A DNA stretch of 64,000 bases from contig JBFWVL010000001.1 in assembly GCA_050246755.1 (NCBI GenBank), forward strand, positions 576,001-640,000. The letters run 5' to 3'. Each line of letters begins with the position of its first letter. Within the stretch, counting starts at the first letter, position 1. The notes under the pieces were generated by a model. It saw only the letters and a list, made by a program, of their open reading frames with translations. It was not told where the DNA came from and ran no database searches. A program made the translations under genes and the position numbers. This DNA is from Bacteriovoracia bacterium (GTDB taxonomy: Bacteria > Bdellovibrionota > UBA1018 > CAIPTA01). This document shows, piece after piece, positions 1-10,337 of the stretch.

Positions 1-40
1 GGCCGGAAAAACAATTCACCGATTCTACTGAGGTTAAACC

Positions 41-886
41 ATGGATAAACGCAAAAAAATTCTTACCGGCATCGGGATCGCCACGGCGATCGCCGCCGTT
101 ATCTTTCTCTACGATCATGTGATGTACGTATCCACCGACGATGCCCAGGTAGAGGCCCATGCCGTGATGCTTGCATCGAAAGTGCCGGGATTCCTGGTAG
201 CGGTGAACGTAAACGAAGGGCAAAGCGTGAAGAAAGGCGACGTGCTGATCGAGATCGACGCCCGCGACTACCAAAACACCTTAACCCAAATCAAAGGCGA
301 CCTCACCTCCGGCGAAGCCCGCCGCCGCGATGCCGAAAGAAATTTCCAGCGCATCTCCCAGCTATTTACCAGCGGCGCCGTTTCCCGCCAGCAATACGAC
401 ACCGCCAGCGCCGCCTATTCCGAAGCCAAAGCAAAATTCGATGCGATCTCCGCCCAGGTGGCGCAGGCGCAGCTGAATCTCGATAATACCAAGATCCTCG
501 CGCCCTCCGACGGCTTTATCGCCAAAAGATCGGCCGAGATCGGGCAACTCGCGGCCACTGGAGTGCCTCTGCTCGGCTTCGTGGACGCGGGCGAGCGTTG
601 GGTGATCGCCAACTTCAAGGAAACGCAAATCGCCGACATTCGCGTGGGTGCTCCCGTGAAAATCGATATCGACGCTATTTCCGGCGGCTTTCATGGCAAG
701 GTAGTCAGCGTGAGCTCCGCCACCGGCGCCACCTTCACCCTGCTGCCTCCCGATAACGCCACCGGAAACTTCACCAAGGTGGTTCAGCGCGTGCCGGTAA
801 AAATCGAGATCCTCGATCTCTCGGCCCAGCAGGTGGAAGCCCTCCGCGCGGGACTCTCCGCCAATATTAAAGTGAGCAAGCACTAG
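41..886 (+). CDS. emrA: HlyD/EmrA-family membrane fusion protein
   Basis: N-terminal TM, STDDAQV, lipoyl-like half-motifs, diagnostic LLPPDNATGNFTKVVQRVPVKI. Confidence 0.93.
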   Translation: MDKRKKILTGIGIATAIAAVIFLYDHVMYVSTDDAQVEAHAVMLASKVPGFLVAVNVNEGQSVKKGDVLIEIDARDYQNTLTQIKGDLTSGEARRRDAERNFQRISQLFTSGAVSRQQYDTASAAYSEAKAKFDAISAQVAQAQLNLDNTKILAPSDGFIAKRSAEIGQLAATGVPLLGFVDAGERWVIANFKETQIADIRVGAPVKIDIDAISGGFHGKVVSVSSATGATFTLLPPDNATGNFTKVVQRVPVKIEILDLSAQQVEALRAGLSANIKVSKH

Positions 887-895
887 GAGATTCCG

Positions 896-2467
896 GTGAA
901 GGCAGGCGGCCCCCTCATTATCTTCGTCGCGGTGATGGCCTCGCTGCTCGAGATCATCGACACCTCCATCGTGAACGTGGCCTTGCCCACGATGATGGGA
1001 AATCTCGGCGCCACGCTTGAAGATATTTCCATGGTGGTTACTGGTTACGCGATCGCCAACGCCATCGTGCTTCCCGTTTCGGCCTGGCTCAGCGAACGCA
1101 TCGGCCGCCGGAAATATTACCTTGGCTGCATCTTGGCGTTCACGCTGGTGTCGGTGGCCTGCGGCCTTGCCCCGAATCTTTTCACGCTGATTCTCTTCCG
1201 CATCGTGCAAGGGGCCGTGGGCGGCGCCCTCCTCCCCACTTCGCAAGCGATGATCTACGAGCAGTTTCCCCGGGAAAAAGCCGGGATCGCCGGCGCGATC
1301 TTCGGCATGAGCGTGATGATCGGCCCCACCCTCGGCCCCGTGCTCGGGGGCTACCTTACCGACGAGTTCGGCTGGCGCTCGATCTTCAATATCAACCTGC
1401 CGCTCGGCCTTCTCTGCTTCATGGTGGGCTTTGGCGTGATCTTCGACCGCAAGGATGAGGAAGAAACCGGGATTCCCGCCAATAAACCCAAACCGGAGCT
1501 GGATGCCATCGGCCTCGGCTTACTGATCGCGGGAATCGGCTGCCTGCAATACATGCTCGAGCGCGGCGAATCCGATGATTGGTTCTCTTCCACCGCGATC
1601 ACCATCAACGCCATCGTGGCGGCCGTGTGCTTGCCCACCTTCGTATGGTGGGAGCTGCGCGTGAAAAACCCCATCATCAACGTGCGCCTCTTCAAAAATC
1701 AGATCATCGCCAACGGCGTTACGCTCATGGCGTTGCTAGGATTTTTTCTCTATTCGGTAGTTTTCATCTTGCCGGTATTCCTCACCCGCACTTACCACTA
1801 TACCGCCACCCAAACGGGCGCCTTCTTCATTCCCGGCTCTCTGATCACCGCGCTCCTGATGCCCTTCATCGGACAGGCGATGAGCCGCGGGGTAAATCCC
1901 AAGATCCTCATCTTCCTCGGGCTAGCTTCCGTGGAGATCTGCCTATTCATGATGACCTTCTTTTCGCCCATGTCCCCTAAGGACGAAATTCTCCGCATGC
2001 TCTACGTGCGCGGGATTGCCATGGCCTTCCTCTTCGTGCCGATCAATTCTTCCATCCTGAGCCAATTCAAGGGAGCCACGCTTGGCCAGGTTTCCGGATT
2101 GATGAACTTATTCCGCCAGATCGGCGGTTCGGTGGGGATCGCGATGGTAGGCACTTTGCTCACCATGCGGGGGCAGCAGAATTTCCTGAATCTGGCTTCC
2201 CATGTTTCGCTGCTGAATCCCGCCACTCAGGCGGCCTACTACCAAGGCCTAGCCGGAATGGGCGCCAAGATGACGGAATCTCTTGGGATGGCCACCGCCC
2301 ACGACGTGGTGATTAAATCCTTGTACGGACGCGTGCAGGCCCAGGCCTTCATGCTGAGCTTTATCCAGCTGGTTTGGATCGTGATGATCGTATTTGCTTT
2401 TTCCTTCGTGCCGCTCTATTTCCTGCGCCTAAAGGAAAAACCGACGGGCCCAATCGACGCGCACTAG
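896..2467 (+). CDS. emrB: DHA2 (EmrB/QacA) MFS efflux permease
   Basis: About 14 TMs, DTSIVNVALP, GPTLGPVLGG, WRSIFNINLPLG; follows emrA. Confidence 0.93.
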   Translation: MKAGGPLIIFVAVMASLLEIIDTSIVNVALPTMMGNLGATLEDISMVVTGYAIANAIVLPVSAWLSERIGRRKYYLGCILAFTLVSVACGLAPNLFTLILFRIVQGAVGGALLPTSQAMIYEQFPREKAGIAGAIFGMSVMIGPTLGPVLGGYLTDEFGWRSIFNINLPLGLLCFMVGFGVIFDRKDEEETGIPANKPKPELDAIGLGLLIAGIGCLQYMLERGESDDWFSSTAITINAIVAAVCLPTFVWWELRVKNPIINVRLFKNQIIANGVTLMALLGFFLYSVVFILPVFLTRTYHYTATQTGAFFIPGSLITALLMPFIGQAMSRGVNPKILIFLGLASVEICLFMMTFFSPMSPKDEILRMLYVRGIAMAFLFVPINSSILSQFKGATLGQVSGLMNLFRQIGGSVGIAMVGTLLTMRGQQNFLNLASHVSLLNPATQAAYYQGLAGMGAKMTESLGMATAHDVVIKSLYGRVQAQAFMLSFIQLVWIVMIVFAFSFVPLYFLRLKEKPTGPIDAH

Positions 2468-2471
2468 AGGC

Positions 2472-2978
2472 TTACTGAATCTTTTTTTCTGCTTTCGCGA
2501 GCGCCGCGAACAGCTTCTTCGGATCGTGGCCCTTGGAAACTTTCGTATTCTTCTCTAGCGGCTCGGTATTAATGAAAGTGGCTTTCTCGTTCATCGGATT
2601 AACCAGCGCGAGCAACGGAATCCCCTTCCCCACTTTTTTCTGCTTGGCGAAAGCGAGCACGCGATCGAGCGCCTCTACGCCGGAAGGAAGCTTGTCTTCC
2701 CCCTTATAGAGCGCGATTTCCGCGATCGAATAGCCCGCGGCTTCGGCGAGCTCCGCATCCCGCAAAATTTTATGCAGACTCAGGCACCACGGGCACCAAT
2801 CGGCGCCGAAAACCAGGAGCAAGGGTTTCTTGTCGGTTTTCGCCTTCGCGAGTGCATCCGCGAGCACGGTTTTTTGATCCGCGCATACGGGATATACCTT
2901 CCCCTGCGGATCGCAGTTCTCCGCCGCCGAAACGTTTGCCGATAAAAGAACCAGGGCCAATAAAAAACTAATTCGCAT
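2472..2978 (-). CDS. Exported thioredoxin-family protein
   Basis: Signal peptide; FGADWCPWC CxxC motif. Confidence 0.85.
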   Translation of the reverse strand: MRISFLLALVLLSANVSAAENCDPQGKVYPVCADQKTVLADALAKAKTDKKPLLLVFGADWCPWCLSLHKILRDAELAEAAGYSIAEIALYKGEDKLPSGVEALDRVLAFAKQKKVGKGIPLLALVNPMNEKATFINTEPLEKNTKVSKGHDPKKLFAALAKAEKKIQ

Positions 2979-4839
2979 ATTTTACTCCGAGCTCCCGCTC
3001 CAAAAGGTACATTACGTAAATGCCTGCTCCATAGCCTACCATGGGAATCGAGCCGGTGGGTGCGCCAATTTCCCCCAGAAACTGCTCGTTACGCTCGGAA
3101 ATGTACATTTCCGGCACCAGGAAATTGTCGGCGGCGCTTTTATTCACCATTTTCTCGATCAGCGGGAAACCACGCTCTCCTTCGCCAAGACGCAGAAAAT
3201 TTCTGGCCAAGCTGAAGTTAGAAAATAAAAACTCGTGCTTTTCGTATTGAGTATCTCCCCGCACGCGGCGGTAGCCGCCCGATTCTACCTTCAGCGCTTC
3301 CATTTGCTCGATGGTGCTGCGGATGATGGCCTGATCCTTCACAGCCCCTAGATTGATCGCTTCGAGGGCGGCGGCGTCCACCAGATTTTTGTAGTTTCCT
3401 TCCGCCGTTCCCGCCAGGAAACCATTTCCGGTAAATGCCTTGAGGATTCCCGTGCCTAGCTGGCCCACTGTTTTTTGCAGCTTCGCCGCCGCACGGCCGT
3501 CTTTCGTGCGCTTGGCCAGGCGGCTAAATCCATCCAGCCCCTGGAGCGCGGCGGCCGAAGAAAATACGAAGTGCTGCTTATCCCACTGGTGCTCTTCCCA
3601 AATGGAAGTATCGGCATCCACGATTTTGCCGTCTTCGAAGGGAACGAGATTGCCCACCAGAGGCCTGGCCACGAAATCTCTGGCCACACTGAATAACGGC
3701 CCGCGGTGGGTGCTGAGCTGCAGAAAAGAGTCGTCGCCGAACTTCTCCACGTATTCCGTGAGCGCCCATAGCACGAGGCCCCAATTATCGAATTCCACAT
3801 TAGGGGATCCGGCCATGGTGAAAAAAGGCTCTTCGGCGCCGTTGCCGAAATAGCGCACTACCGAAATTTGATACGGATAATCTTTTACCCAGCTTTGCAT
3901 TTTCCCGCTCGGGCGAGCGCGGAAATACGCGGCCATCCCGGCCCGGGCTTCCTCCTGATGGCCCATGCGAGTGAGCGCCACCACCGCGTAAGCCATATCG
4001 CGCACCCAGGACACGAACCACATCCCCTCGGGCAAGCTGGCCACGATCAAGCCATTATTGAAACGATCGCCGCGATTAGGCTCGCGGCTCTGCCCCATGC
4101 GCAATACCATTTCGCTTTGGCGCCACAGCCGGCGTTCGTTTTCCGAGAGAAATTTTACTTTTGGCACCACCCGCCAGGCTTCCACTTCGGCCAGCTCCCG
4201 CGCCACAAGTTTTTCGATGCTAAGGGTACCTGCCCAGCGAAGCGTGTCCCGCAGAACGTCGGCGGCTTGATCTCCTTCTTCCACCGAAACGAACGCCCAC
4301 GCTGGCCCGCCCTCGAGGCAGGTGCCGGAAAAGCGCGCCTTGCCTGCCTTGCCCAACGGAACGGCCAAAAGATTTTCTTCCACCCCAGAAAAACTCAGGA
4401 GCAAAGCTTGGGTAGATCCCCGGGAAATTTTTCGCTTAACTTTGGCGGCCGCGCTCCATCCCGGGATCACGCAAGAATCGGCCCGCGTGGTGCCGGTGAT
4501 CAGCGCATTCCGGCTCAGGCCATAGGGCAGAAAGTAGAAGTCGCTCGCGGGCCCGGCCTTGGCTTCGATCACCTGAGATTCGGCCACATAGCCCGAGCTC
4601 GTAGCGGTTTCTCCCGCCCAGGCTAGGGAGCGTAAAAAATTCGCGGTTTCTATTCCCTCTGCGTATTCGTTGGTGGGATCGGGGCGCACGAAGCGGTAGG
4701 GGTGGGCGTAAAATTTAGAAAGCGCGCCGGCGGACTGGGAAAAAACCGCGAAGCCGAATCCATTACCCGATACGAGCGGCGTATTGGCGGCGGCGGCATA
4801 GTCTCCTAGGCATAGAACGAACAAGAACAGAAATTTCAT
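2968..4839 (-). CDS. Secreted glycoside hydrolase family 15 (glucoamylase/trehalase-like)
   Basis: Signal peptide MKFLFLF; SWVRD, SIWEE and VPEMY motifs typical of the GH15 (alpha/alpha)6 barrel; start 4839 preferred over 4854. Confidence 0.75.
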   Translation of the reverse strand: MKFLFLFVLCLGDYAAAANTPLVSGNGFGFAVFSQSAGALSKFYAHPYRFVRPDPTNEYAEGIETANFLRSLAWAGETATSSGYVAESQVIEAKAGPASDFYFLPYGLSRNALITGTTRADSCVIPGWSAAAKVKRKISRGSTQALLLSFSGVEENLLAVPLGKAGKARFSGTCLEGGPAWAFVSVEEGDQAADVLRDTLRWAGTLSIEKLVARELAEVEAWRVVPKVKFLSENERRLWRQSEMVLRMGQSREPNRGDRFNNGLIVASLPEGMWFVSWVRDMAYAVVALTRMGHQEEARAGMAAYFRARPSGKMQSWVKDYPYQISVVRYFGNGAEEPFFTMAGSPNVEFDNWGLVLWALTEYVEKFGDDSFLQLSTHRGPLFSVARDFVARPLVGNLVPFEDGKIVDADTSIWEEHQWDKQHFVFSSAAALQGLDGFSRLAKRTKDGRAAAKLQKTVGQLGTGILKAFTGNGFLAGTAEGNYKNLVDAAALEAINLGAVKDQAIIRSTIEQMEALKVESGGYRRVRGDTQYEKHEFLFSNFSLARNFLRLGEGERGFPLIEKMVNKSAADNFLVPEMYISERNEQFLGEIGAPTGSIPMVGYGAGIYVMYLLERELGVKYAN

Positions 4840-4990
4840 CAGGTTCCTTCCCAACCGACCTATTTCCTCATAAATGGGGTGAAAAGTCGCGCGTCAAAGC
4901 AGGGAAAATCGCGAAATGAAAAATAACTACGCCAGGCGGTGGCTCACTCTTTGCTCTCTGCTCTCTGCAGGTTTTCTGCAAGGGGGTTTT

Positions 4991-5611
4991 ATGGTCACCG
5001 AAGCAAAACAAACCAAGCCGCTAATTCCGGAATTCGCCTACCGAGATATCGACTACTTCTTTCGCAAAAAAAAGTTCCTGGGACATTCCCACGAAAGGAA
5101 CGTGACCAGCGTGTATTCCGATCGGGCCGCTCTGAATTTGGCCGTGAAGGAACTGCAGGCCAATGGTTTCCGGAACGACGATATTTTTATCACCACGAGC
5201 CATCACGGCACGGTGCTCGATACCCCGCTCCGGATTGTTTCGATCGCGCCATTTCTCACCCCCCTCGGTATTTTGGTGGGCCTTATCTTAGGTGGCCTCA
5301 TGGGCTGGCTTACGCAAATGGGTACCCTGCAATTCTTTGGGATTCAGCCCTTCGTAATGGATTCCGGCCTCGTGGCCGCTTCCGCTAGCAGCACGGTCGG
5401 AGGGTTCGTCGGGGGGATTTTGGGCCTTATCTACGGAATGCGTATTCCTGAATACAACCCCTGGAAATATGAAACTTCGGCGCCGCAAGGAACTCTATTT
5501 CTCGTGGTGCGCACGGTGAATGAAGAAGAAACCGCGCTCGCCGCCGAAGTGCTGGACATGACCATGGAAGCGAATGCTCACCCCGTAGTGAGCGAAGAGC
5601 TAGCCGCCTAG
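4991..5611 (+). CDS. General stress protein-like membrane protein (YflT/DUF3341-like)
   Basis: AVKELQANGF..DI N-domain, two Gly-rich TMs, GMRIPEY; ATG 4991 after AGGGGG. Confidence 0.6.
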   Translation: MVTEAKQTKPLIPEFAYRDIDYFFRKKKFLGHSHERNVTSVYSDRAALNLAVKELQANGFRNDDIFITTSHHGTVLDTPLRIVSIAPFLTPLGILVGLILGGLMGWLTQMGTLQFFGIQPFVMDSGLVAASASSTVGGFVGGILGLIYGMRIPEYNPWKYETSAPQGTLFLVVRTVNEEETALAAEVLDMTMEANAHPVVSEELAA

Positions 5612-7189
5612 CCCAGAAAGAGTGCAAATCACTTCGGCGCCGAAAGCCTCGAGCTTCCGATCGCCAATGCCGTGCACCTGGCTCAGCTCGTCCTGCGTAG
5701 CGGGATTGAGAGAAACGATCTCGCGCAGCGTACGATCACTGAATACCATGAAGGCCGCCACGTCGAGCTCTTTGGCTTTCTGTTTACGCCACTCCTTAAG
5801 AGCCGCGAATTTTTCCTTCTGAATCCCACTAAAGCCTTCGAGGGCGAGGTTGGTTTCCTTTTTGGCGGCCTTGCGCTTACGCGCGCGCGGCTCGCCGGTA
5901 ATAGCCACTTCCTCGTAGACGGGCCGCTGCACTTTCCGATCGGAATCGGGCAGGCAGGAATCGCAGTGGCCGCAGCTCTCAATCCGCTGAGAATCTTGGT
6001 AGTAGGTAAGAATGCCGGCGTGGCGGCACTCGCCCCCTTCCGAATAGTTCACCAAAGCATCGAGGGTATTATAGCGGGATTTTTTTATCTCAGCCGGTGC
6101 ATGGGACTGCTGAATGAAAAAAGACTGGAGGCCCTTATCTTTTTTCGAGTAGAGCATCAAGCACGTAGACGGCAATCCATCCCGCCCGGCCCGCCCCATC
6201 TCCTGATAAAGAGAGTCGATATTGGCCGGCATCTGGAAGTGCACCACGAGACGTACGTCCGGATGATCCACGCCCATGCCGAAAGCATTGGTAGCCACGA
6301 GGATCCGGATTTCTCCCGCGCCGTAGGCTTCCTGGGTTTTGTGGCGATCATCGGGGCTTAGGCCGGCATGGTAAAAGCCAACTTTTTTAAAGGAAGCACT
6401 CAAACGCTGGGCTACCTCTTCGGTAGACCTTCGCGTACCGCAATAAATAATCACTCTGCCCTTGGGCGCTTGCTTCAGCGCTTGCTCGAGCAGCTGGAAC
6501 TTCGCCGTTTCATCCATGCAGGGTTCCACTTGGTAATAGAGGTTCGGGCGGTAAAACCCGTGCACGTGGCGTTCGGCGGCCTTCAATTCCAGCCGTTCTT
6601 CCACGTCTTTAAGTACTAACGGAGTGGCCGAAGCGGTGAGCGCGAGCGCGGGAATATCGGGGCGGATCTTTTTCAAAAATTTCAGTTGTCCATATTCTTC
6701 ACGGAAATCGTGCCCCCACTGCGAGACGCAATGAGCCTCATCGATCGCAAAAAGCGCGATGTCCCGCTTCTCGATCCACTTATGAAAAGCTTCCTTCTGC
6801 GCTCGCTCCGGCGAAAGGTAGAGCACGAACGCGCCGCCGAGCGCCATGCGGCGGAAGACGTCTTTCTTTTCTTCCTCGGTCTGTCCCGAGTGCAGGCAAC
6901 CGGCGGGAATTCCCGCTCTTTGCAGGGCCGACACTTGGTCCTTCATCAGCGCGATGAGCGGCGAGATCACGATCACCAACTTATTTTCGTATACGGCCGG
7001 GAATTGATAGCAGAGCGATTTTCCGCCGCCCGTAGGCAATACGGCCAGCACGTCTTTTTTCTCGAGAACGGCCTGAATGATTTCTTTTTGCCCAAGGCGA
7101 AACGAGGCGAGGTTGAATCGCTCGCGCAGCAGGGTTTCGTAAGATTTTTCGGTGGTTTTCATTTTTTGTATAAGACGCGAGTTTAGCAT
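5600..7189 (-). CDS. recQ: RecQ-family DNA helicase with HRDC domain
   Basis: PTGGGKS, DEAHCVSQWGHDFR, QEMGRAGRDG, Zn motif C..CGHCDSC, C-terminal HRDC. Confidence 0.92.
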   Translation of the reverse strand: MLNSRLIQKMKTTEKSYETLLRERFNLASFRLGQKEIIQAVLEKKDVLAVLPTGGGKSLCYQFPAVYENKLVIVISPLIALMKDQVSALQRAGIPAGCLHSGQTEEEKKDVFRRMALGGAFVLYLSPERAQKEAFHKWIEKRDIALFAIDEAHCVSQWGHDFREEYGQLKFLKKIRPDIPALALTASATPLVLKDVEERLELKAAERHVHGFYRPNLYYQVEPCMDETAKFQLLEQALKQAPKGRVIIYCGTRRSTEEVAQRLSASFKKVGFYHAGLSPDDRHKTQEAYGAGEIRILVATNAFGMGVDHPDVRLVVHFQMPANIDSLYQEMGRAGRDGLPSTCLMLYSKKDKGLQSFFIQQSHAPAEIKKSRYNTLDALVNYSEGGECRHAGILTYYQDSQRIESCGHCDSCLPDSDRKVQRPVYEEVAITGEPRARKRKAAKKETNLALEGFSGIQKEKFAALKEWRKQKAKELDVAAFMVFSDRTLREIVSLNPATQDELSQVHGIGDRKLEAFGAEVICTLSGLGG

Positions 7190-7312
7190 AGTCGCCCTTT
7201 CGCAAAACGGCCCAAATTACGAATTTGGTACTGCGACAATGGTACACAGCGCCATTTGCCGGACTTTTCTTCTAAACCATCCATGCTAGCCTCTTGAGAA
7301 ATGGAGGTAACA

Positions 7313-8608
7313 ATGAAAATTATTTCTTTGTTCGTTTTGGCTTTCGGCTTTAGTTCCCTTGCACACGCGGCTGGTTTTGAAAAAGCCGTTCTTTGGTCCG
7401 GTAAAGAGGCTGGCTCCGGCAGCGCGGGTATGTCACGTATTTCAAGCAGCGAGTCGCTCTATTTCAACCCGGCAGGTTTGGCCGGCGGCGGCACGGGCGG
7501 CGATTTCACCCTGAACGTGAGCCCTACCTCCATTAAGCTCCAAGGCTCCATCGCCTCCGCGGCGGTAAACGAAGAGACCGATAAGAACTATTCCACCATC
7601 GGCAGCGGCTTCGTGAAATACAAAGTGAACGAGCGGCTCGGCGTGGGCGTGGGCGCCTACGTGTCGGGTGGATCCAAGGCGATCTATGAGAACGTGAGCC
7701 TGGCCAGCGACCAGCCCACCATCACCGCCTTCACCCCCACCATCCGTACCGAACTGGCGATCATCGAGTATTCCGTAGGCGCGGCCTACGAGATCATTCC
7801 TGGCCTTCGCTTCGGCGCGGCTTGGCGTATCGCTAAAGTAGACGGCGGTTTCTCCACGGTGAAAAAAACCATCGCCAATACCGCCTATTCGTTCATTGAT
7901 ATCGCCGACGCGAAACAAACCCGCTACAACGGCTATCGTCTCGGCCTACAGTACGAAAATGACGCGAAAACTTGGGGCGTAGGCGCTACTTTCCGCAATT
8001 CCATGAACTTTAGCGCCGTGGGTAACGGTACGGGATCCACCACCGTGATTCCCACCACGATCACCACCGCCACCACCATCGGCAAAACCACCCTCGGTAC
8101 CGGCCTTCCCTGGTCCGCTTCGCTGGGCGGAAACGTGCTCGTGAACGAAGACTTCCGCCTCCTCGCGGCGGTAGACATGATGAAGTACTCGGAAAACAAA
8201 CAGCTCACGATCGTTGGCACCATCAACGGCACCACCGTGATCCCCAACCTTCCGCTCAACTGGAAGGATATGTATAACTACCGCTTGGGCGGAGAATACC
8301 TCGGCATCGAAACCGTGGTTCTCAAAGCGGGCTACGTGCTCACCACTCCCGTAACGCCCACCCACGATGCCCGTGCCACGCTGGCTCCTCCCGGAACTGG
8401 CCACACGGTAACCTTGGGGGCCGGTAAAACGTTCTTGCGCAACACCGTTAGCGTGGATGGCGCCTTCGAATACGCCTTCAACAATGCGGGCGGTTCGGCT
8501 AGCCCGACCTACGCTACTGATACCACCAAAGAGCTTTTGGCCACTTCCTCCTCGGAATACAAAGCCAAGGTAATGGCCTTGCACTTAGGCGCTTCTTACC
8601 GCTTCTAA
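7313..8608 (+). CDS. OmpP1/FadL-family outer-membrane hydrophobic-compound transporter
   Basis: Signal peptide, conserved YFNPAGL, beta-strand pattern, C-terminal SYRF; GGAGG RBS. Confidence 0.85.
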   Translation: MKIISLFVLAFGFSSLAHAAGFEKAVLWSGKEAGSGSAGMSRISSSESLYFNPAGLAGGGTGGDFTLNVSPTSIKLQGSIASAAVNEETDKNYSTIGSGFVKYKVNERLGVGVGAYVSGGSKAIYENVSLASDQPTITAFTPTIRTELAIIEYSVGAAYEIIPGLRFGAAWRIAKVDGGFSTVKKTIANTAYSFIDIADAKQTRYNGYRLGLQYENDAKTWGVGATFRNSMNFSAVGNGTGSTTVIPTTITTATTIGKTTLGTGLPWSASLGGNVLVNEDFRLLAAVDMMKYSENKQLTIVGTINGTTVIPNLPLNWKDMYNYRLGGEYLGIETVVLKAGYVLTTPVTPTHDARATLAPPGTGHTVTLGAGKTFLRNTVSVDGAFEYAFNNAGGSASPTYATDTTKELLATSSSEYKAKVMALHLGASYRF

Positions 8609-8620
8609 GCTTAGCCCCTT

Positions 8621-8655
8621 GCCGGGCTGCCCCGAGCGGGCGGCCCGGTTTTTTT
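8621..8655 (+). terminator. Rho-independent terminator after the fadL-like gene
   Basis: GCCGGGCTGCCC-cgagc-GGGCGGCCCGGT hairpin followed by a T run. Confidence 0.85.
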
Positions 8656-8717
8656 ATGCACTCCGAGTCGGAACTTATCTCTTGCCATCGCCACGGGCCC
8701 AATAGAAAATTCTGCAA

Positions 8718-10241
8718 ATGATTCTGTCGCAAGCGTTAAACCAGGCCGCCCTCAAGAACATGAATCACCCTGCCCTGATCGATCTGGGCAAATCACTTTC
8801 CTACGGCGAGCTCAAGCAGCGCATCTCGCAGCTCAGCTACCTCTACCAAACCGAAATTCCCGCGGGTGAACGCGTGGCCATTCTCGCCACCAACGGTTCC
8901 CAGGTGGCCCAAACTTTTTTCGCCCTCACGAATATCGGTAATCCGATTCTTTTCCTGGATCCCGCAGAATCCAACGAGAGCTTCGTGACCGACCTCCTGA
9001 AGCTCGAGATCAAATATCTGCTCATCACCGGCGATCAGCTCGCCCGGGCGCGCGATCTGCAGCGCTCCACCGGCATCCCGCTCTCCATCATCGAGCTCGA
9101 GAAGAAGCGTGGAGGCGAATACGATACTTCCTTCACTCCCGCCCCCGAGCGCCCGTTAAAAGACACCGACCCCGTGCTGATTCTACGGAAAGAAGAATTC
9201 GGCTCCGACCGGAAATATATTTTCTTCAATCACAAGAAAATCTATCACTCCGTAAATTCGGTGAAGCGATTCTACCGCCTGCTTCCCTCCGACCGCCTCA
9301 TGACCAATATTAATTGGAGCCACCCCTTCAGCCTCACTCACGGCCTGCTGCTCCCGCTGTTTCTCGGCGCAACCTGCATGGTGGATCCACTTAGCCCGTC
9401 GGTGGAAGAATTCATCGAGTATATCGCCAAAGAGCGCGTTACCCGTTTCGCCGGCCCCCCTAAATTTTATTTTCAACTTCTCACCTTCTGCGCGTCACAA
9501 AAATATACCTTGCCCGGAGTAAAGAGCATTACCGTGGGCATGGGCTCCATCTCCCTCGCCCTCCGGAAAACCTACCGTTTGCTGAATATTCCCGTGCTCC
9601 GCTGCTTCGGCCGCCATGAGGCCGTTTGGTCGATCGCCATGGATTCCTTCGATGAGGCGCTCGATATCGAAGGCGCCAAGAGCCGCCCGGTAGCAGGACT
9701 CCGTTGCAAGGTGCTGGACGCGAATGGTGATGAAATACCCGGCCCCGGCCGTCGCGAAGGAGTGCTCGCGGTTATGTCGGAAGCCGTGATGGATGGATTT
9801 TTTCACCCCAACAAAGAGACCGCCGCCCTCGCCACCCGTCACGCTCTCCGTGGAACTTGGTTCTATACCCAGGAGATTGCCCGTCTCGAGGGCGAGAACG
9901 ACGCCGTTACGATTGCCGTGCTGGGAAAAGCCGCCGATATGCTCCCGGCCACCACCGGCTTCGGCTTCGTTTCCCCCCGCACGATGGATGATTTGGCCCG
10001 CTCTATCGAAGGCGTGCAGGATGCGGCCGGATTCGTGCGCCAAAACGAAGAGGGCGAACGCTTCTTCGCCTGCGCCGTGGTGCCCGAACGCAAAAACCTT
10101 GGCACCAACGCGGTGCTCGCCGAGCTTCAGAAGAAACTCCCGCAAGATTACCCCCTCCGCAGCGTGCACTTCACCGACTCCATCCCGCTCGAAGCCTTCG
10201 GTTCGGTGAACCGGCAAGCGCTTACTCGGCAGTTTCCCTAA
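8718..10241 (+). CDS. AMP-binding (ANL/acyl-CoA ligase) fold protein with degenerate catalytic motifs
   Basis: Overall FadD-like layout (SYGEL, GERVAILATN, HPFSLTHGLL, GVQDAA) but the P-loop, TGD and catalytic Lys positions are substituted. Confidence 0.75.
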   Translation: MILSQALNQAALKNMNHPALIDLGKSLSYGELKQRISQLSYLYQTEIPAGERVAILATNGSQVAQTFFALTNIGNPILFLDPAESNESFVTDLLKLEIKYLLITGDQLARARDLQRSTGIPLSIIELEKKRGGEYDTSFTPAPERPLKDTDPVLILRKEEFGSDRKYIFFNHKKIYHSVNSVKRFYRLLPSDRLMTNINWSHPFSLTHGLLLPLFLGATCMVDPLSPSVEEFIEYIAKERVTRFAGPPKFYFQLLTFCASQKYTLPGVKSITVGMGSISLALRKTYRLLNIPVLRCFGRHEAVWSIAMDSFDEALDIEGAKSRPVAGLRCKVLDANGDEIPGPGRREGVLAVMSEAVMDGFFHPNKETAALATRHALRGTWFYTQEIARLEGENDAVTIAVLGKAADMLPATTGFGFVSPRTMDDLARSIEGVQDAAGFVRQNEEGERFFACAVVPERKNLGTNAVLAELQKKLPQDYPLRSVHFTDSIPLEAFGSVNRQALTRQFP

Positions 10242-10337
10242 ATTTTACCTGCGTCAGCCTGGCCGGCGCCTATTTTTTTGCCGCCACGGAAAAACCAGTT
10301 AGAATAGAGGCTCAACTGATTTTTCTATGGAGGAAAA

